A stretch of DNA of 48,310 bases, filler included, from Sphacelaria rigidula (GCA_964200075.2; 2 parts of 2 records of this genome joined end to end with filler, not necessarily neighbours in it); one strand, 5' to 3'; shown: positions 1-13,300, counted from the whole stretch's first letter. Numbers and translations are program-made. Notes: generated from the sequence alone by a model not told the origin.

Positions 1-75
1 TAAAAACAAATCCCAGATCGCTCCGGGAATCGAACCCCACAACTCAATCATGAGAAGGTTAAGAGGTTACCAACA
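1..75 (-). mobile_element. tRNA-derived SINE head (same family as 7550), running off the window edge
   Basis: Reverse complement reads gttggtaacctcttaaccttct...ggggttcgattcccggagcgatctggga. Confidence 0.65.
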
Positions 76-1165
76 CACACACAGTAGTATCGACTCCACA
101 ACCGTAGGGTAACCTCTGGATTGAAATTCAATGAAACACACTGAATTAAATTACACGGGCGGAGCGCGTTATTTTCGAGCAGCACGCGCGCTAGCGGTTC
201 CATGTTGCCAACACCGTGCTAGCGCGCTTGTGCACTACAGCGTTGTACTCTCCTGTGTCAGCCCGTCCCGGTATTGCTCCTCATGTTTCAAGACGCTTTA
301 TTCGAAAGCACGCAAAAGAAATGCCAGCGAGTCCATTGTTGTTGCTCTCGGAGATGTGGTGTACTAGTTTTTCGATCTAGTACTGCCGCATGATCCGTGC
401 TGTACGAACTAGCATACTGTACCAGTTCAAAAACGGATATGCATGAAATAAACGCCACCGACATGCCCTGGTTATAATGAACTGTACCGTGTGCGAGGCG
501 CGGGGACCGTAGTTTTTGGCAAGGAATGTGAGGACGCAACCATACTACAGTACAGGTAGTTTTTCATGCAACACGTGATCCGAACGAGACACAAAACAAA
601 GCATTTATATGATGGTACCTGGGCGTTCTGGTACTAAAACGAGTCCATCAGTCCCTCCACTACCTACCGTAAGGAGATCAACACCAGGTCTAATTACAAG
701 TATGTTACGAGCACATCTTCATTTTAGAGTAGAGAGCCCAGCCGAGACCACTCCGGGTTCACGGCCGAAATGCGAGACGGCACCGTCCCAAACACCGAAA
801 TAAATTGAAATTGGAAGCGCCCTGGAGACAGGGCAATCTATCAATTTACCAACACATGGTGAACATGGTGTTAGTGAGCTTCAGTCCCAAAAGGGTCAAG
901 TATACAGAAGAAAAACGGAAAGGAAAGAAAGGAAAAGACGGAAGACGCGAGGGATGAAAACGGCCACCAAGCAAGGTTCAACCCAAAAAGCTCAGGCACC
1001 CTCAAAAACGCAAACCAAGCTGTTCGGCAAACGGCGGATGCAGTAAAATACCAAATTCAGAGCGTATCGTGGCGTAGTTGTGTTGGGGCATGATCAAGCG
1101 CTAATTTCACTACTCGCATCCGTACCCCTGCAGCCGCAGTGAAGTTTCCGTTGATCACCAACGTT

Positions 1166-1375
1166 TCATGTGCCACCCACAAACGTTTTAACGTTTTTGC
1201 GTCTGACCCAAGCCCACTGCATGCCACGCCCACCCCTATCAACGAGCTGCATTTTGCTTTTGAAGCTGTGAAACGCTGGATCTCCCTTCTTGGTCTTGTA
1301 TCCCGCAAGCTCGAACCCCTTGATGGCATCTCGTAGCTGTTCATAAGCGAACCCATCAACTGGGAGGAGATTCAC
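1166..1375 (-). CDS. ROCO terminal coding exon
   Basis: ctacag|VNLLPVDGFAYEQLRDAIKGFE...MQLVDRGGRGMQWAWVRRKNVKTFVGGT*. Confidence 0.8.
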   Translation of the reverse strand: MNLLPVDGFAYEQLRDAIKGFELAGYKTKKGDPAFHSFKSKMQLVDRGGRGMQWAWVRRKNVKTFVGGT

Positions 1376-4300
1376 CTGTAGAGAGGCACGCCCCGGACCA
1401 GATGCACGGCAATCGAAAAATAGTTGCAGGTCGAATGCGTGCTACTGAACAGCAGAGCTTCGGCCAGTGGTGAACCCGTGGACGATGATGGGAACGTACA
1501 AAGCAGCGGAAGGTGTACAGCACGATGAGAAACAATATAGGGAATAAATTCTCTCTGTCCACCTGTATATTGTGTTCGCGCAGACACCAGCACACAGGTA
1601 TGTGTTCACCGTAACGGCCGGCCAACAGCAATTTAGGGAGTATTTTCACTCGCTGGAGCTTCTCTCCAACATGGAAGTCGTAGCACGGTTTGTGCACGGT
1701 GTCAACTTTGTGGCAAACATCGAAATCAATGTCTTCTCACCTTTCGAGCGGGCTCCGCCGGGCTGACCAGCTCTGTATCATCACCGCCACCCAAAACTTC
1801 TACTGCGCTACTCTTCACTTCCTCCGCGACGATGCACGCCCCCTCTTTGACAATTTCCGATACCACGCCTCCCAACGTTTCTCCGAAAGCAGAATCGATT
1901 TCATCAGCAGGAACCGCCAATCCAGTGCACACCTTGAGCGCAATATTCCCGAGGACCAACGCCACCTTAGCTGCCACCTTTGCTTTCCTCCCCCAAGCTC
2001 ATTCACCTTGTATCCCTGACCTTCAGGGCCGCAGTCCACCAGGCTCATGTCATGGGCGCAGAGTAGAAACAGCCGCAGTTCCCTGCGGAACGTTCCCTTC
2101 CCGACGCCCCTGTCCCTTTGAAAACACCCCTGCAAGCGAGCAGTCCAGTTTGCATGACTTCTATCCACCTCAGAGAGAGGCTCTTCATGCGCCGGTAGGA
2201 GACACGCTAAGCGGGGTACCGGCCACCGCAAACAGGCGATGTCAAATGCTACGCTTCGCAGCATGCCACTCTGCGAGTCACCGAGCCCAGCCGTATTACA
2301 CTCGTCGATCTTCGCTCTAACGTTGTTCGACACAGCGTCTAACTTTGTCTCCAGTCTTTCTACGTTCAGACGCAACTCGTCCAACGTTGTCTCCAGTCGC
2401 CGGTTGCCATCCCTTTCCATGTCCAGACGCAACTCGTGCAATCTTCGGACGAGATGAGCATCCATCGGATTGAGTAGCGCCGATTCCGACTCCCTTAGGT
2501 TCGCCTCCGGGGGCTGCCAAGCGGTCATCATCCTCTCGAGTACCTTCTCCAGGTTCTGTAGCAATGCGAATCATTTTGTGAAGTACGCACAGGTGACAGA
2601 AACGGCTGATATTCCAGTGATAAAGAGCTTCGTTTAGATAGTACGTTCAGAGGCGAACGCACTGGAAACGCAAGTCCGAAGGAGGTCACATCACCGCGAC
2701 GCACCCAGATGTTAAACATGATGGTTGCTTCAAAGAAACAAGAACGGTTATACTTCCTTGTCCCACAAGTCTGGTCGGTTACGGGCGATTTTTTGTTTGG
2801 GTGCATACGGTGTTGACGATGACCTTATAGTTGGGTTCTACAGAAAGTTAAAGCACACACAAAGTAGATGAAGGAGAAGAAGAAAAAAATAACCTCGTTT
2901 TCGATACCAAAATCAGGTCAGAATAGACCCCCTTTTGGCCTTTTCTGGAGTATTATTACGAGATTTTTCTCTGTCATAAGTTTGAGAATTGATGTTAAAC
3001 ATCCCACACTTGGCCCACAGACATAACAATACTATGGACTTGCCCCCGAGTACCCCCCCCCTCGCCGAACAGGTGGCGAGCTACAATTGGGTCGCCGCTA
3101 TGCGATTGCAATGGAGGTTTCGCTCGCTATTCCACTGGGCAAGGTGAGGATGCTCAAGGGCCCCCTGGGGCCAGTTTGCGAACGCTACGGTGTTGGTCGC
3201 GTCTACCCGACGAAATGGTGGGAGAACGCCAAAGCCTAGATCGACGTTACCCGGGAGGTTGACCTTTCGAACAACACAAGGACTGGACGCCCGTCGCTCC
3301 TCACGCCAACAAAGGTTGCGGCGCCGAAGAAAGTCAACAAGCAGAATCGGTCATTTACGCTCCGGCAGGTGTCCGATCAGCTGAAAGACATCGGGCTGGA
3401 TTACGGTACGGAGGTCGTGCAGCGGTATTTTCCAAAAAAAAGAGGCGGCGAAGGTGGCTCGCGGCATCGAACCCTCTCTTTCCTTTGTTCAGAAGCTTCG
3501 CCGAATTGACTTCATCTGCGATCAGGTGGACGAGACGACCGGCACTCTCTTCGATCGACTAGCTATTTGCTTTTCACATTTTTTCGCCCCTGAGAAAGTG
3601 GCGAAATACGGCTATTTTTGGGCCGACTGATATTTTTCTGGCCGTTCGGTCGCATAGTTCGACAGCAAGCCGCAAAAAAGATATGTGCTTCCAACTAAAA
3701 AAACAGCCGAGGAATCGAGAAAGACATCGAAAATCAGATCAGGCACGGTTAAGCGCTCATACAAGCATAACCGACCAGACTTATCGGACAGAGGAAGTAT
3801 ATGAACATGAACATACATGCAGAACGACTGAGGGGTTACGTGCTTTCCGTGTTCTTCGGGTGCTTTATCAGAGCGCACGTCTCTCACGCACAAAAGTAAA
3901 CGGACTTGAGTCGTTTCCTTTGTACCGTCTTGAGTGATACGGCCAGATATACTATCCAAGTACATGCGGCATGCACTATTATACGCGCTGTTACCGACTG
4001 TAGGATGAAAAGGGAGCGCGAGATCGCGTGCTTTACTCATCGTTCAGCGTCTGCTGGACATCACAGCAGTCGCGCTCATCATCGCTGCTACTGTAATTCC
4101 GCGATGCTGTGTCCGATTACATCGATACAATTGGAGCGGAAACAGCAGTCTCCTCTAGATAAAGATTCCATGAATATGTTCCATATTGACGGTGATGTGC
4201 ACGATATGCTGACGGGGAAGCTCAAATACATCATACTGTCTGAGACGTGCGTTCCGCTGGGGGAACACCTCGGGGAGCACCTATACGTCAACCGCACAGC

Positions 4301-7300
4301 ACCCGAATCCGTACACCAGCCTGCGGTCTACCCACAGAACCCTGCTACCGATTTTCCTCCTCAAATAATGGATGATGCCGAGTTGGGACATCCTTAGTGA
4401 AGGGCGCGGCCGCATACAGTTCACTTTCACTACTTTGATTCATACAAGAGCAGCTAGTTCACCATATGAGCAACATGCGTAACCTTGGGCGAAAACGATT
4501 TAGTACTTGCCGATATGTGCTAAAGCGCCGATGGCTTCGATATCCTGCTTGCCAGTAGATTTTCGGGTGCTCAGCAAGCTAAAAACGTGGCACAACAATA
4601 TTTGTTCATCACTCTGGCCTGCTGCAGATGACGAAAGAGATTGTCATTGCTGGAATAGTCGTGTGCGCCATGCGAGTACAGACAACAGAGATGTGCAAGT
4701 TGAGGTCTCACCAGCGCGCATTTTCCTTGCAAACAACAATATAAGCACCGGTATAACCACATTCCTCCTCATTCCGCTTCTATCTCTGCGAGTGACGCCT
4801 GGCCAACCTACGGACATATCACATCCGTCTCTTCTGAAACGTCCGAGGCGCATGTCCAACGTAACGGTGAGATTGTTGTTATTGAGCACAAAGTGTCAAC
4901 ATGGTAATTCTAACGCTGCTTGTTGATGGATCTGTTATTCAATCTCCCAACAGTCAGGAGTTTGAACATTCGACAGCGACTTTGACCCTGAACCACGAAA
5001 ATATTGCCGCATGTTCGGATACTATGGCTTCCCCATTACACAGAGTTGAGTCCAGGTCTACTTTTCCGATTCGCTATTAACTGCAAATCTCCGGATGGCG
5101 GTCCTCATTTTTTCACTTACCAGCTGCACTACTTGTAGGCAGCCACTTGAAATATTTTGATGATGTTTGGAGAGCGGGGAAAGTGGAGTGCTCACGGCGA
5201 CATTGTTCAGTTCGTGTCTCCACCTAAATTGTCCAGAGAAATGGTTCATTAACCGAGTCGGTTCGTTTTTCGCGTCGAGAAAATCTAGGTCCACACACAG
5301 AGACGACCGAAAAAACGGTGAATTAAACGAAGTCGCTACACCAGCACCTTTCTTACGCTGCACAGCAATCATTCCTTGGGATGTCTCATAGACTCATGCA
5401 CAATGTACAGCTCCCTTATGAATAGACGCCACCGTGGCACCCGTGGAGTGCCTGAGCACAGGTTCATTTGATTGAACGATGGGACCTCTCTGCAACTCAA
5501 ATTCACCTTGAATGAACGTGGAGTCGGTTCCGTGGGGAATGAGTGACACCAAGACACGCAGAATAAAAGGCCGACACAAACGTAAATGCGTCCGGTTAGC
5601 GATATTGTGACTCGCATGACTACGGAAAACGTCCCCCGTCAGTTGGATCCAGTTGGATCGAACCCAGCAAAAAGGTATAAAAAGGTATCGTGTTCGGTCA
5701 ACCATCAGCTTCATATCGTCATGCTTTCAGTTTTACCTCGAGTAGTAGAGTTCGTACGTTGCTGCTGTGGTATCATGTGCAACCTTGCTTCAGCTTTCTA
5801 ACTGCAGTGCGTGGTCGTTCTAAAATCGCCATCATTCCGATTGTATTCTCGTTTTTTTGCTTGTTTGTTTTTGTCAAAATCCATTACGAGAGTAGCAGAC
5901 TGTCCAATGGTTTGAAAAAAACGACGATAATACCAGAATATACGATCAAAATCACTATTTTTGGGCCCCGCCCATCAAACGTCCTCCAAGATCGTTTTGT
6001 TCCTCAGTCGATGAGAAACTGAGTCCCGAACTTCGGGGAGAAGTCGTAGGAAACTATGGCATGCATGATCATGAGTACACCCCCCCCCCAAACGAGACCG
6101 TGCCTTGAACCTTCGTTTGTCCCAGTACGTTCGTACGCAATCGTTATACCGTTGAGGAGCGCTGTCAAACGTACCATAACGTGGATATTACAAGGAAAAC
6201 AAATAATAAGCCCAACGAAACCAGCATGAGCAATCAGCTTCGAATCGGCTCTTGAGGCACTCATCAACGAGCAAAAATATGGCATAACACCCGCGGCTGA
6301 CCTCAGTTATCCTGCTTTGACGGTGCTCCTGGAGCGCATCCAAAGTATCCTGCCAAGCATGGTTCCCTTCCTTGATATTTGGGGCATCCGGTGGTAAGAA
6401 CCGGAGGCCTCCGTACTGGTTGTGCAGCAAGTTTGTCAACTCCTTCTTCCCACGGAACGCAGCGTCCCAAACCGTCTTCTTCTCTTCTCCCGCGACAGTA
6501 ATTTCGATCCTGGTCGGCAGAGTGTCGGTGGGCTCATGCAGGCAGATCAAATGTTCCATCGCTCCCATTGTAAACAATGTTCCCTTGTTCCAGCAGGCTC
6601 GGAACACGATGTCGTTGCCTCGACAAAACCATCCAACGAGTCGGGCGATGATGCCGGGCGGAATGTACTTCGCCAGAATCGTAAAGGTGAACTGTATCCT
6701 AACTCCAGTAGATATCTTTTCCAGCTCGGAGAGGGTGTCGTCGGCGACGGTACTAGGTAACCGCGCCGGTACCACAAACTCACCTTCCGGCCCGCACGGA
6801 AACATGGCACCGTAGCTTGACATCGTTTTCATCATGCGCCCACGAGCCGTTTCATCAAGGCCGAAATCTCGCCACAGGAAGCTGAGGTAGTGCTCCGACA
6901 GTCGGCCGGTTTTGAGGAACGTGCGGTGCGTGGCTACTAGCTCGTCGAAGCGGACGTCATCTTCGCGGCCATACTTATGGCAGTACTCGTCCACATCACT
7001 CTGCCACTGCTCCGTCTGTTCGACCTCAGCCAGGCGGTGGTCCAAGAGTTCTCGCAGTAGCAGATTTATCCACGAAGGGTCCAAATGAACAAGATCGCAC
7101 GCGAACAGCAATGTACCTCCCATTTGCCTCATGTTGAGCGCATCCTGTTCGCGTGGGCAAATGTGTAAAACATATGGGCCGAGCATAAGCGGCAACAATT
7201 GGCCGGGACTGTCCACCGCGTAAGAATGATGTCTCAAAATTGAGAGCAAGAGCATTCAAGGTGCTTTCAGTCACCCTACACAGGAGGAATTAGGTGTTTA

Positions 7301-10300
7301 CACGACCTCACACCCGTTGTGCGCGTCTATCGGCCGAAAGCGTTGTTGGGCGTTGTGATACGAGCATTATGTTGATCGTATTTACATTCGAGTGAGGTTT
7401 GAAGTTACCAAACACAACTCTGAAGTGACTGCCTAGACTCTTTCATTCCGGAAGTGGGTCGAACGATCACCCACCCCCTCCCCCTGGTCAATCGTGGTAT
7501 CAATCCCTGGTCACACATGTCAAACCTGTTGGCGTCATGTACACACATTCGCCCCGGTGGCTCAGTTGGTACCCTCGAAACCTTCTGACCATTGGTTCGT
7601 GGGTTCAATTCTCGGAGCGATCTGGGAATTTTTCTTACACCATGCTCAACAGTGGAGAGCGACTGTGTCGTGGGTACACAAAGTTCTACTCAACGGTCGA
7701 CGGAGGAAAGGGATTGCTGAACCCCTCTCGCGATAAAAATGAAGAAAAGGCAAGCACCGCAGAAGGAAGGTGGGGTATTAAAAACAAATACAGAAGAAGA
7801 AGCTCCTGTGTTGACCTTCCTCCTGTGTGACCCCGGCTGGTGCGCCCACATATACCGGAAGGTGTAGACCGGCGTCCAGAATAGATGGGACGACAGCACA
7901 ACACACACAGGCAAACCGACGTCCACCGACAACATACAACCTGGTGGTGGAGCCTTGGTGATACAGTAGGGTGGAAGAGAATGCCTGCATCTGCCCCAAT
8001 CACGTGCGTACCACCAGCAGGGATCTAGCAGACTTCAAGGTATGATGCTTCGATGTAACCCCTGCATTACTCACCACTAGGACGCGCTCTTCATCCCGCG
8101 AGCTTTCGCCTGCTGTTACCGTTCTGCCAAAGGAGCCACAGGGTTTGAAAACCTTCTTCAGGGTTCTCAAGGTCTTCAGGGCGAAACGTGTATCCTTTTG
8201 CCCTTCGACTTCCGCCTCGAGGTGAAGCTGTCGTACCACGGTCGACCATGTCTTCAGTGCAAACTCCTTGGTGACGAAGTTGTGCTTTGCATACCCGCCA
8301 ACGGGCTTGACGGGTTTGCCATACGACTGCACCGCCTCCGCGGGGTCCCCACCTTCGTGCAATGCCGCCACCATAGCCCACACTCTGCGCCACGATACCG
8401 GAATTGTTTGACCGACATTGGGGAACAGGCGTTCGTCGTCCTCATTACGGCCACCTTCCCCGGCTAGTCTGCAGATTTCCTCTCGCAGACGGTCGAGACC
8501 TTCCTTGCGATAGCCGGAGACCTCCACGTAACCGCAAACAGTGAGGGACGGGGCTGTCTCCGCAGTACGGTCGGGATGCTGTCCGGTTGTGGGTCTCGGC
8601 GCCGTTTCAGTGCACCACTCTTTTCGCTTGAGCTCCAAATGCGTGTGAACCGCCTCCTTCAGGTCATCTAGGGCTGACGGGACATCTGCTCCACGCCCGC
8701 TGAAGCTGTCCGCATGGGTTGCGACGACGAGGACTGCGCATCCAGGAATCCGGCACAGCAAAGCGTCCAGCCAGGTGTACACTGCTTCTCCTCGATAAGA
8801 AACTTCGTTATGGAACTTAAGCAGGTCCACGACCAGAAGCTGCAGGGCTCCGCTAGTCAGAAAGATCTGATTATACGTTGGAAATACACCAACACATCGC
8901 GGCAGCGGAAAAGGCACGTCAGCAGCGTGTCCGGGAGCGCAGATTCCGCAGTCCTCCAGCAGGTTGTTACCGAAATCAATTCTACGCGGCGGGGGGTCCA
9001 CGCAATCTGAGGCAGTTGCTACATCGCCGTCAAGAACCAGGAAAGGAGTCGATGGACGGAGCCGTCAAACGCAAGAAGAAAAGTAAAATGCACACCAAAT
9101 ACGTTCGACACAAGCACCCCAATAATAGAAACGGCGGTTGCGACTCCAAGAGGCTGATGCCGCAAAAGAAGGAAAATAGGCAACGACAGGCACTCTAACG
9201 GCTCGTCCCATTGCCTGCACCCACATCAGTCCAACGTATAGCTGCATTTCTGGAACCGGAACCTGGGCGACCTATCGTAACTCAACGGCGAGGAAATCCG
9301 TTCAACGCCAAAAAAGATTGCAATTAAAATATAGCAACAACACGACAAATTGCAAAAGCCAAATACAAAACACGGAACAATCTGGTAGCTCTCACCTGGT
9401 GCGTTGAGTAGTACTCCGCATGTCCCGCGAAGTCCCACATCAGCACCTCAAGCGGCCGAGCAGGATTCGGCCTCCACGGCTCGATGTGAACTTGTACACC
9501 CCGAGTGCGCTCGCTCTCCGCCGTCGGATCCGGCTCGCCTTTCCGTAGACCCCTCGCTAACGTCGTTTTCCCAGCGCATACTGCACCGACCAACACCATC
9601 TTCAACTCATGAGCGGTGGTTTCCCCTGAGCGTTCCAACGCTTCGTAGTAGCTGACGATATGTGCCCATCCGCCATCAACAACCTCAGATGGCGGATCGA
9701 TCCAAGCATTATAGCCTAGATATACTGTCGTGAGGTCAGGTATCAGAGCAAACCTCTCAGCGGTAGTCCTTGGGATACCTGTACGTGTTCACACGAAATT
9801 CAAAGAGGTACAACATATTCAAAGCCAACCCTAGTGAACCGAGACGTACTGTACCTCTAACCCAAGGAAAGCAAAACCGAAACACTCGCTCAAGAAAAGA
9901 AGGAACGAAACAAGAGTCGAACAGGATGACAAAGTGGACTAAGGCGTGGAAAAAAAAAAGACGATTGATTCACAGCAACAGCAGTGGTCTCAGCAGTAGC
10001 TGTGAAATCTGCCTGCTGCACACCCTAACCGCTCGCGCAATTCTCAATACATGGTCCTTCAAATAAGAAACAAATGGCGCACACAAGGTCACGCCCCCCC
10101 TGGAGCGTCATTCTTCCCGCCAAACGTTGATTATATAAGGTTGTCACATCCACATGTTGATTCCCCACGGTATCTACACTCTGTTTCCCACACGGTCTAC
10201 TGTGTCTGCACTATTTGTTCCCCACACAGTAGGCTCCGATGTAGAGGACAGTAGTCCAAACTCTCTTCTGCGAATACAAAGGCAGTACAAGAGGAAGATG

Positions 10301-13300
10301 GTATGAGGCGATGTGCTATTCATGCACCGTACGGTGCGGTGAGGGCAATACATGAATGAAAGCGACGGTCAAACACCGAAAGCACCTCAAATTACGAGAA
10401 GTAGAGCGGCTATGATATTATCCGCCCCCGGCAGCACGTCCACTAAGGCATAGTGGTAATCAAGGAGTAGTGCTACGACAAAGGGGTAGAAGATATGTGA
10501 TCGAAAAACAATAGCGTTGAGTTACATCTTGCCTGGTGGCAACTATGTTTCAAACGGTTCTAAGAACGAAGGTCTCAATTCTAGCTGGTGCTGGGCCAGT
10601 CACCACAATTTCTAAGCCTTCTACTCAAATCTGCAGTACGGACTTGAGGGAAATCATCCGTGACTCACACCAACGATACTCGTTGCTGCTGGTCGTCACT
10701 CACTCCTCCCCTCAACCACTTTGCAGGCGAGAAACATCAAAATTTAAGAGTGCCACAGAGCCCACAACATTGCTCTCGCCGTAGATGACCGGCCCTGACC
10801 CATGAATTCAAAACTGCGCGCTGTCTGATCATCTGCCAAATCTATGCCCTACATGGGGAGAAGAAGACGGGCGCTGCGGATAGAGTGTTGATATATCAAC
10901 ACAGACTAGTGTACTGCTCGATCTTGAAAGCTTTATCGCGTCCCTGTAGTAGACTGTTCTTACCCTAACCCTGACCCTAAGTTCTGGTGATGCAGTAAAA
11001 AAAGAGTCCGTCATCGTGTCACGGAAAAAGTGAAAGGGAAGTACGAGCTGGGCCAGCCAACGGTTCATATTCGCGGGGGACAGGTGGCGCAACGCTTAAT
11101 ATTTTTGGGCGCTGAATAGTTGACGCCATTCATTATCAAGATGCGGACCATATTCGAGGCAGCGAAAAACGAGCGCAATGCCTACGATAGAGAGTGGGTC
11201 GTGCATGGTCGCAGACCGCTGATCCTCAGCGCTTTCAACGTTACCAGCCATGCTTACGGTATAACTGTGCGCATCTTATAGAGTGCCTCCCACCGTACAA
11301 CTTGCTTATTTCGAAACTCTCGAAAACGAAAACTCCCACCTTGAAAATCGATGAACCTTCATGATACACAAAAAAAAACATTCACGAATCAACACTCTGC
11401 ACACACGACACCAGCAAGATGGTCGCACACCAGTCAACAGCACCATCGGGTATTGGACTATGCGGTACAACTTCATGCGCACGCGAAAAAGCGCTCGTGC
11501 CTTTCTCGCTACGTGATTAACAGCTAACCATCGCTCCGTGCTCGGTGGTGCACCCACGGGAAAACTGAGATGTGTGATGAACAGCCCGTAGTTCGATTTT
11601 GTGACGCTCGTGTTCACAGTTGAGCGCACATTTCAGGCGTATTGTTGTGTCCCTTCATCTTTCACCGTGGAGAAATTAAAGCCCATGACCCGGGATACAA
11701 ACGTCAACGCTCCTTCAAGCGTCGACATACTTCCGCCAAAAAGTACGAGAACATAGGTGTCGAGATGTAATTCGCGCAGGTTGAAGCCACACACGAAGCT
11801 ACATTTCCTCGCAGGGATGCGGAGCTGCTTCTTCCACGTTCTGGTAGTTTTCCAGTTCGCAATCGGGAACTATTTCGGAAAATGAGCGCCTTCGTAGGTG
11901 CTATGTTAACGGTCTTTTAAATGTCCCTTGGAAGCGCGCCAACCAAATGCATGGGGTACGGGGATAGCCAGCACTGGGTTTTCAAACGGTAGAAGTGTAG
12001 CCTGCAAAAAATAACGTCCAAATCAAAGACCAGACCGGCTGTGTCGTGCGCATATCTGATGCAGGTAGGGTAGAGCATGCAATGGTGGGCGAACACTCCC
12101 TTGAGCACTGGCAACATAGGAAAGATGCGTTTCTCTAGTTGTTGCGCTTCTCTGGCAGTCCGGAACAGTGCGTTGATGTATGGTGAGTCGTGTTAGAACC
12201 AACTGACATTTTGGCTCACGAAATAGCTCTGGATCGTTGACAATATGTTTTCATTAGATACACTGCGTTCCCTGTTAACATCTTCGCACGACTCTCAATT
12301 TCAATTCTACGTCTTCTATGGTCATGGGGGCACATAGTACGCGCACATACCGCAAACCAACCAACCGACCGCCGCAAACCCTGGTGTCTTGCGTTAGTAA
12401 CACCACGAACACGCGAATACGAAGAGCAGAAACTTGTAGCGATGAACGCGTCGCACCAGGGAACCCCGACAGCACACAGATAATCCGTCACAATTCAAGC
12501 TGCGGTGTTGACAGCTTCCCGTTCCTACTTTGCCATCTACGGGGTCACACACAACAGGCTGCGGGTTTGATCAAAATCGGCACATTCTTCATCTGGAACA
12601 TGAGTTGCATAGAAAGTGCTTAGAAAGCGTTTCTTGGTATTTGGCCCCTGTAAAGTTCGATGGCGACGCATCGTACGTTTCCAGTCGGTACACCGCACCA
12701 AATGAGCTTGCCGAAGGACAAAGAAGCAAGTGCTCCGAAATGAATGTCATGCCAGAGGGATGTTTTACCTCAGCAGAGAGATGAAGGAGGACACACTCCT
12801 GCCTAAACTTGCTGTGCAGAGCAAACAAAGCCTGACCAGCTCAGCCCACCACACAACATCGGGTCCCAACAGCAAGCAAAAGCACCGCACCAAAGCCAAA
12901 AGCAAAATAGAGAATAAGGCCTAGCGCATGGTATAACGCGTCGCACTCGGCAAGGCAGCGACTACCCCTACAGTACAACAGCACTTCCGTGCTAGCTTCT
13001 GGCTATCATCCGACAGCCTTACAAGGCATCGTTTACACAGCTGACCTGTCAGCCGATTGTTGCTCAGGTCCAGCGCCTCTAAAGCGAAAAGCTGTCCCAA
13101 CTCTTCGGGGATGTCACCTGTGCCGAGCAAGGGGGGCAGCACAGAAAGATGAGCAACTTGACGGAACATTTCCGATCGGCACGGAATACTTGTAGACCTT
13201 GTGGACGGCCGCCGGCTGCTCCACCTCACCGTTGGTGGCCGCTATGTGCGTTGTGATTATACCTGATTCTCATCTATGCCCTGGGATTCACCACCCCATA

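Noticed and set aside
1978..2006. 29-nt GT-AG micro-intron that would repair the ROCO frameshift
   Set aside because: Far shorter than any other intron here (all >100 nt), purine-rich with no pyrimidine tract, and it would delete apparently coding residues.
4507..4926. Plus-strand ORF with LRR-like words (LPVDFRVLSKLKTW, IFLANNNISTG) as an inverted LRR exon reservoir
   Set aside because: No 24-aa periodicity, no GxIPxELG frame and no 72-nt splice-bounded unit.
4865..4932. Minus-strand VLNNNNLT resembling an LRR exon end
   Set aside because: In-frame stop upstream, no GT/GC donor, 67 nt from the nearest AG, and located downstream of COR.
7550..7630. tRNA gene candidates (also 11-75, 22381-22460, 47905-47980)
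   Set aside because: A/B boxes are present, but there is no acceptor stem or proper anticodon arm; treated as SINE-like heads.
6188..9001. ORF-track proteins of 355 aa and 333 aa as standalone genes
   Set aside because: They are ROCO exons whose ends read into introns; splice sites define 7144-6302 and 8866-8075.
10961..10980. Telomere-like repeats as a chromosome end or fusion site
   Set aside because: Only about 3 degenerate units inside an intron; more likely carried by interspersed repeats.
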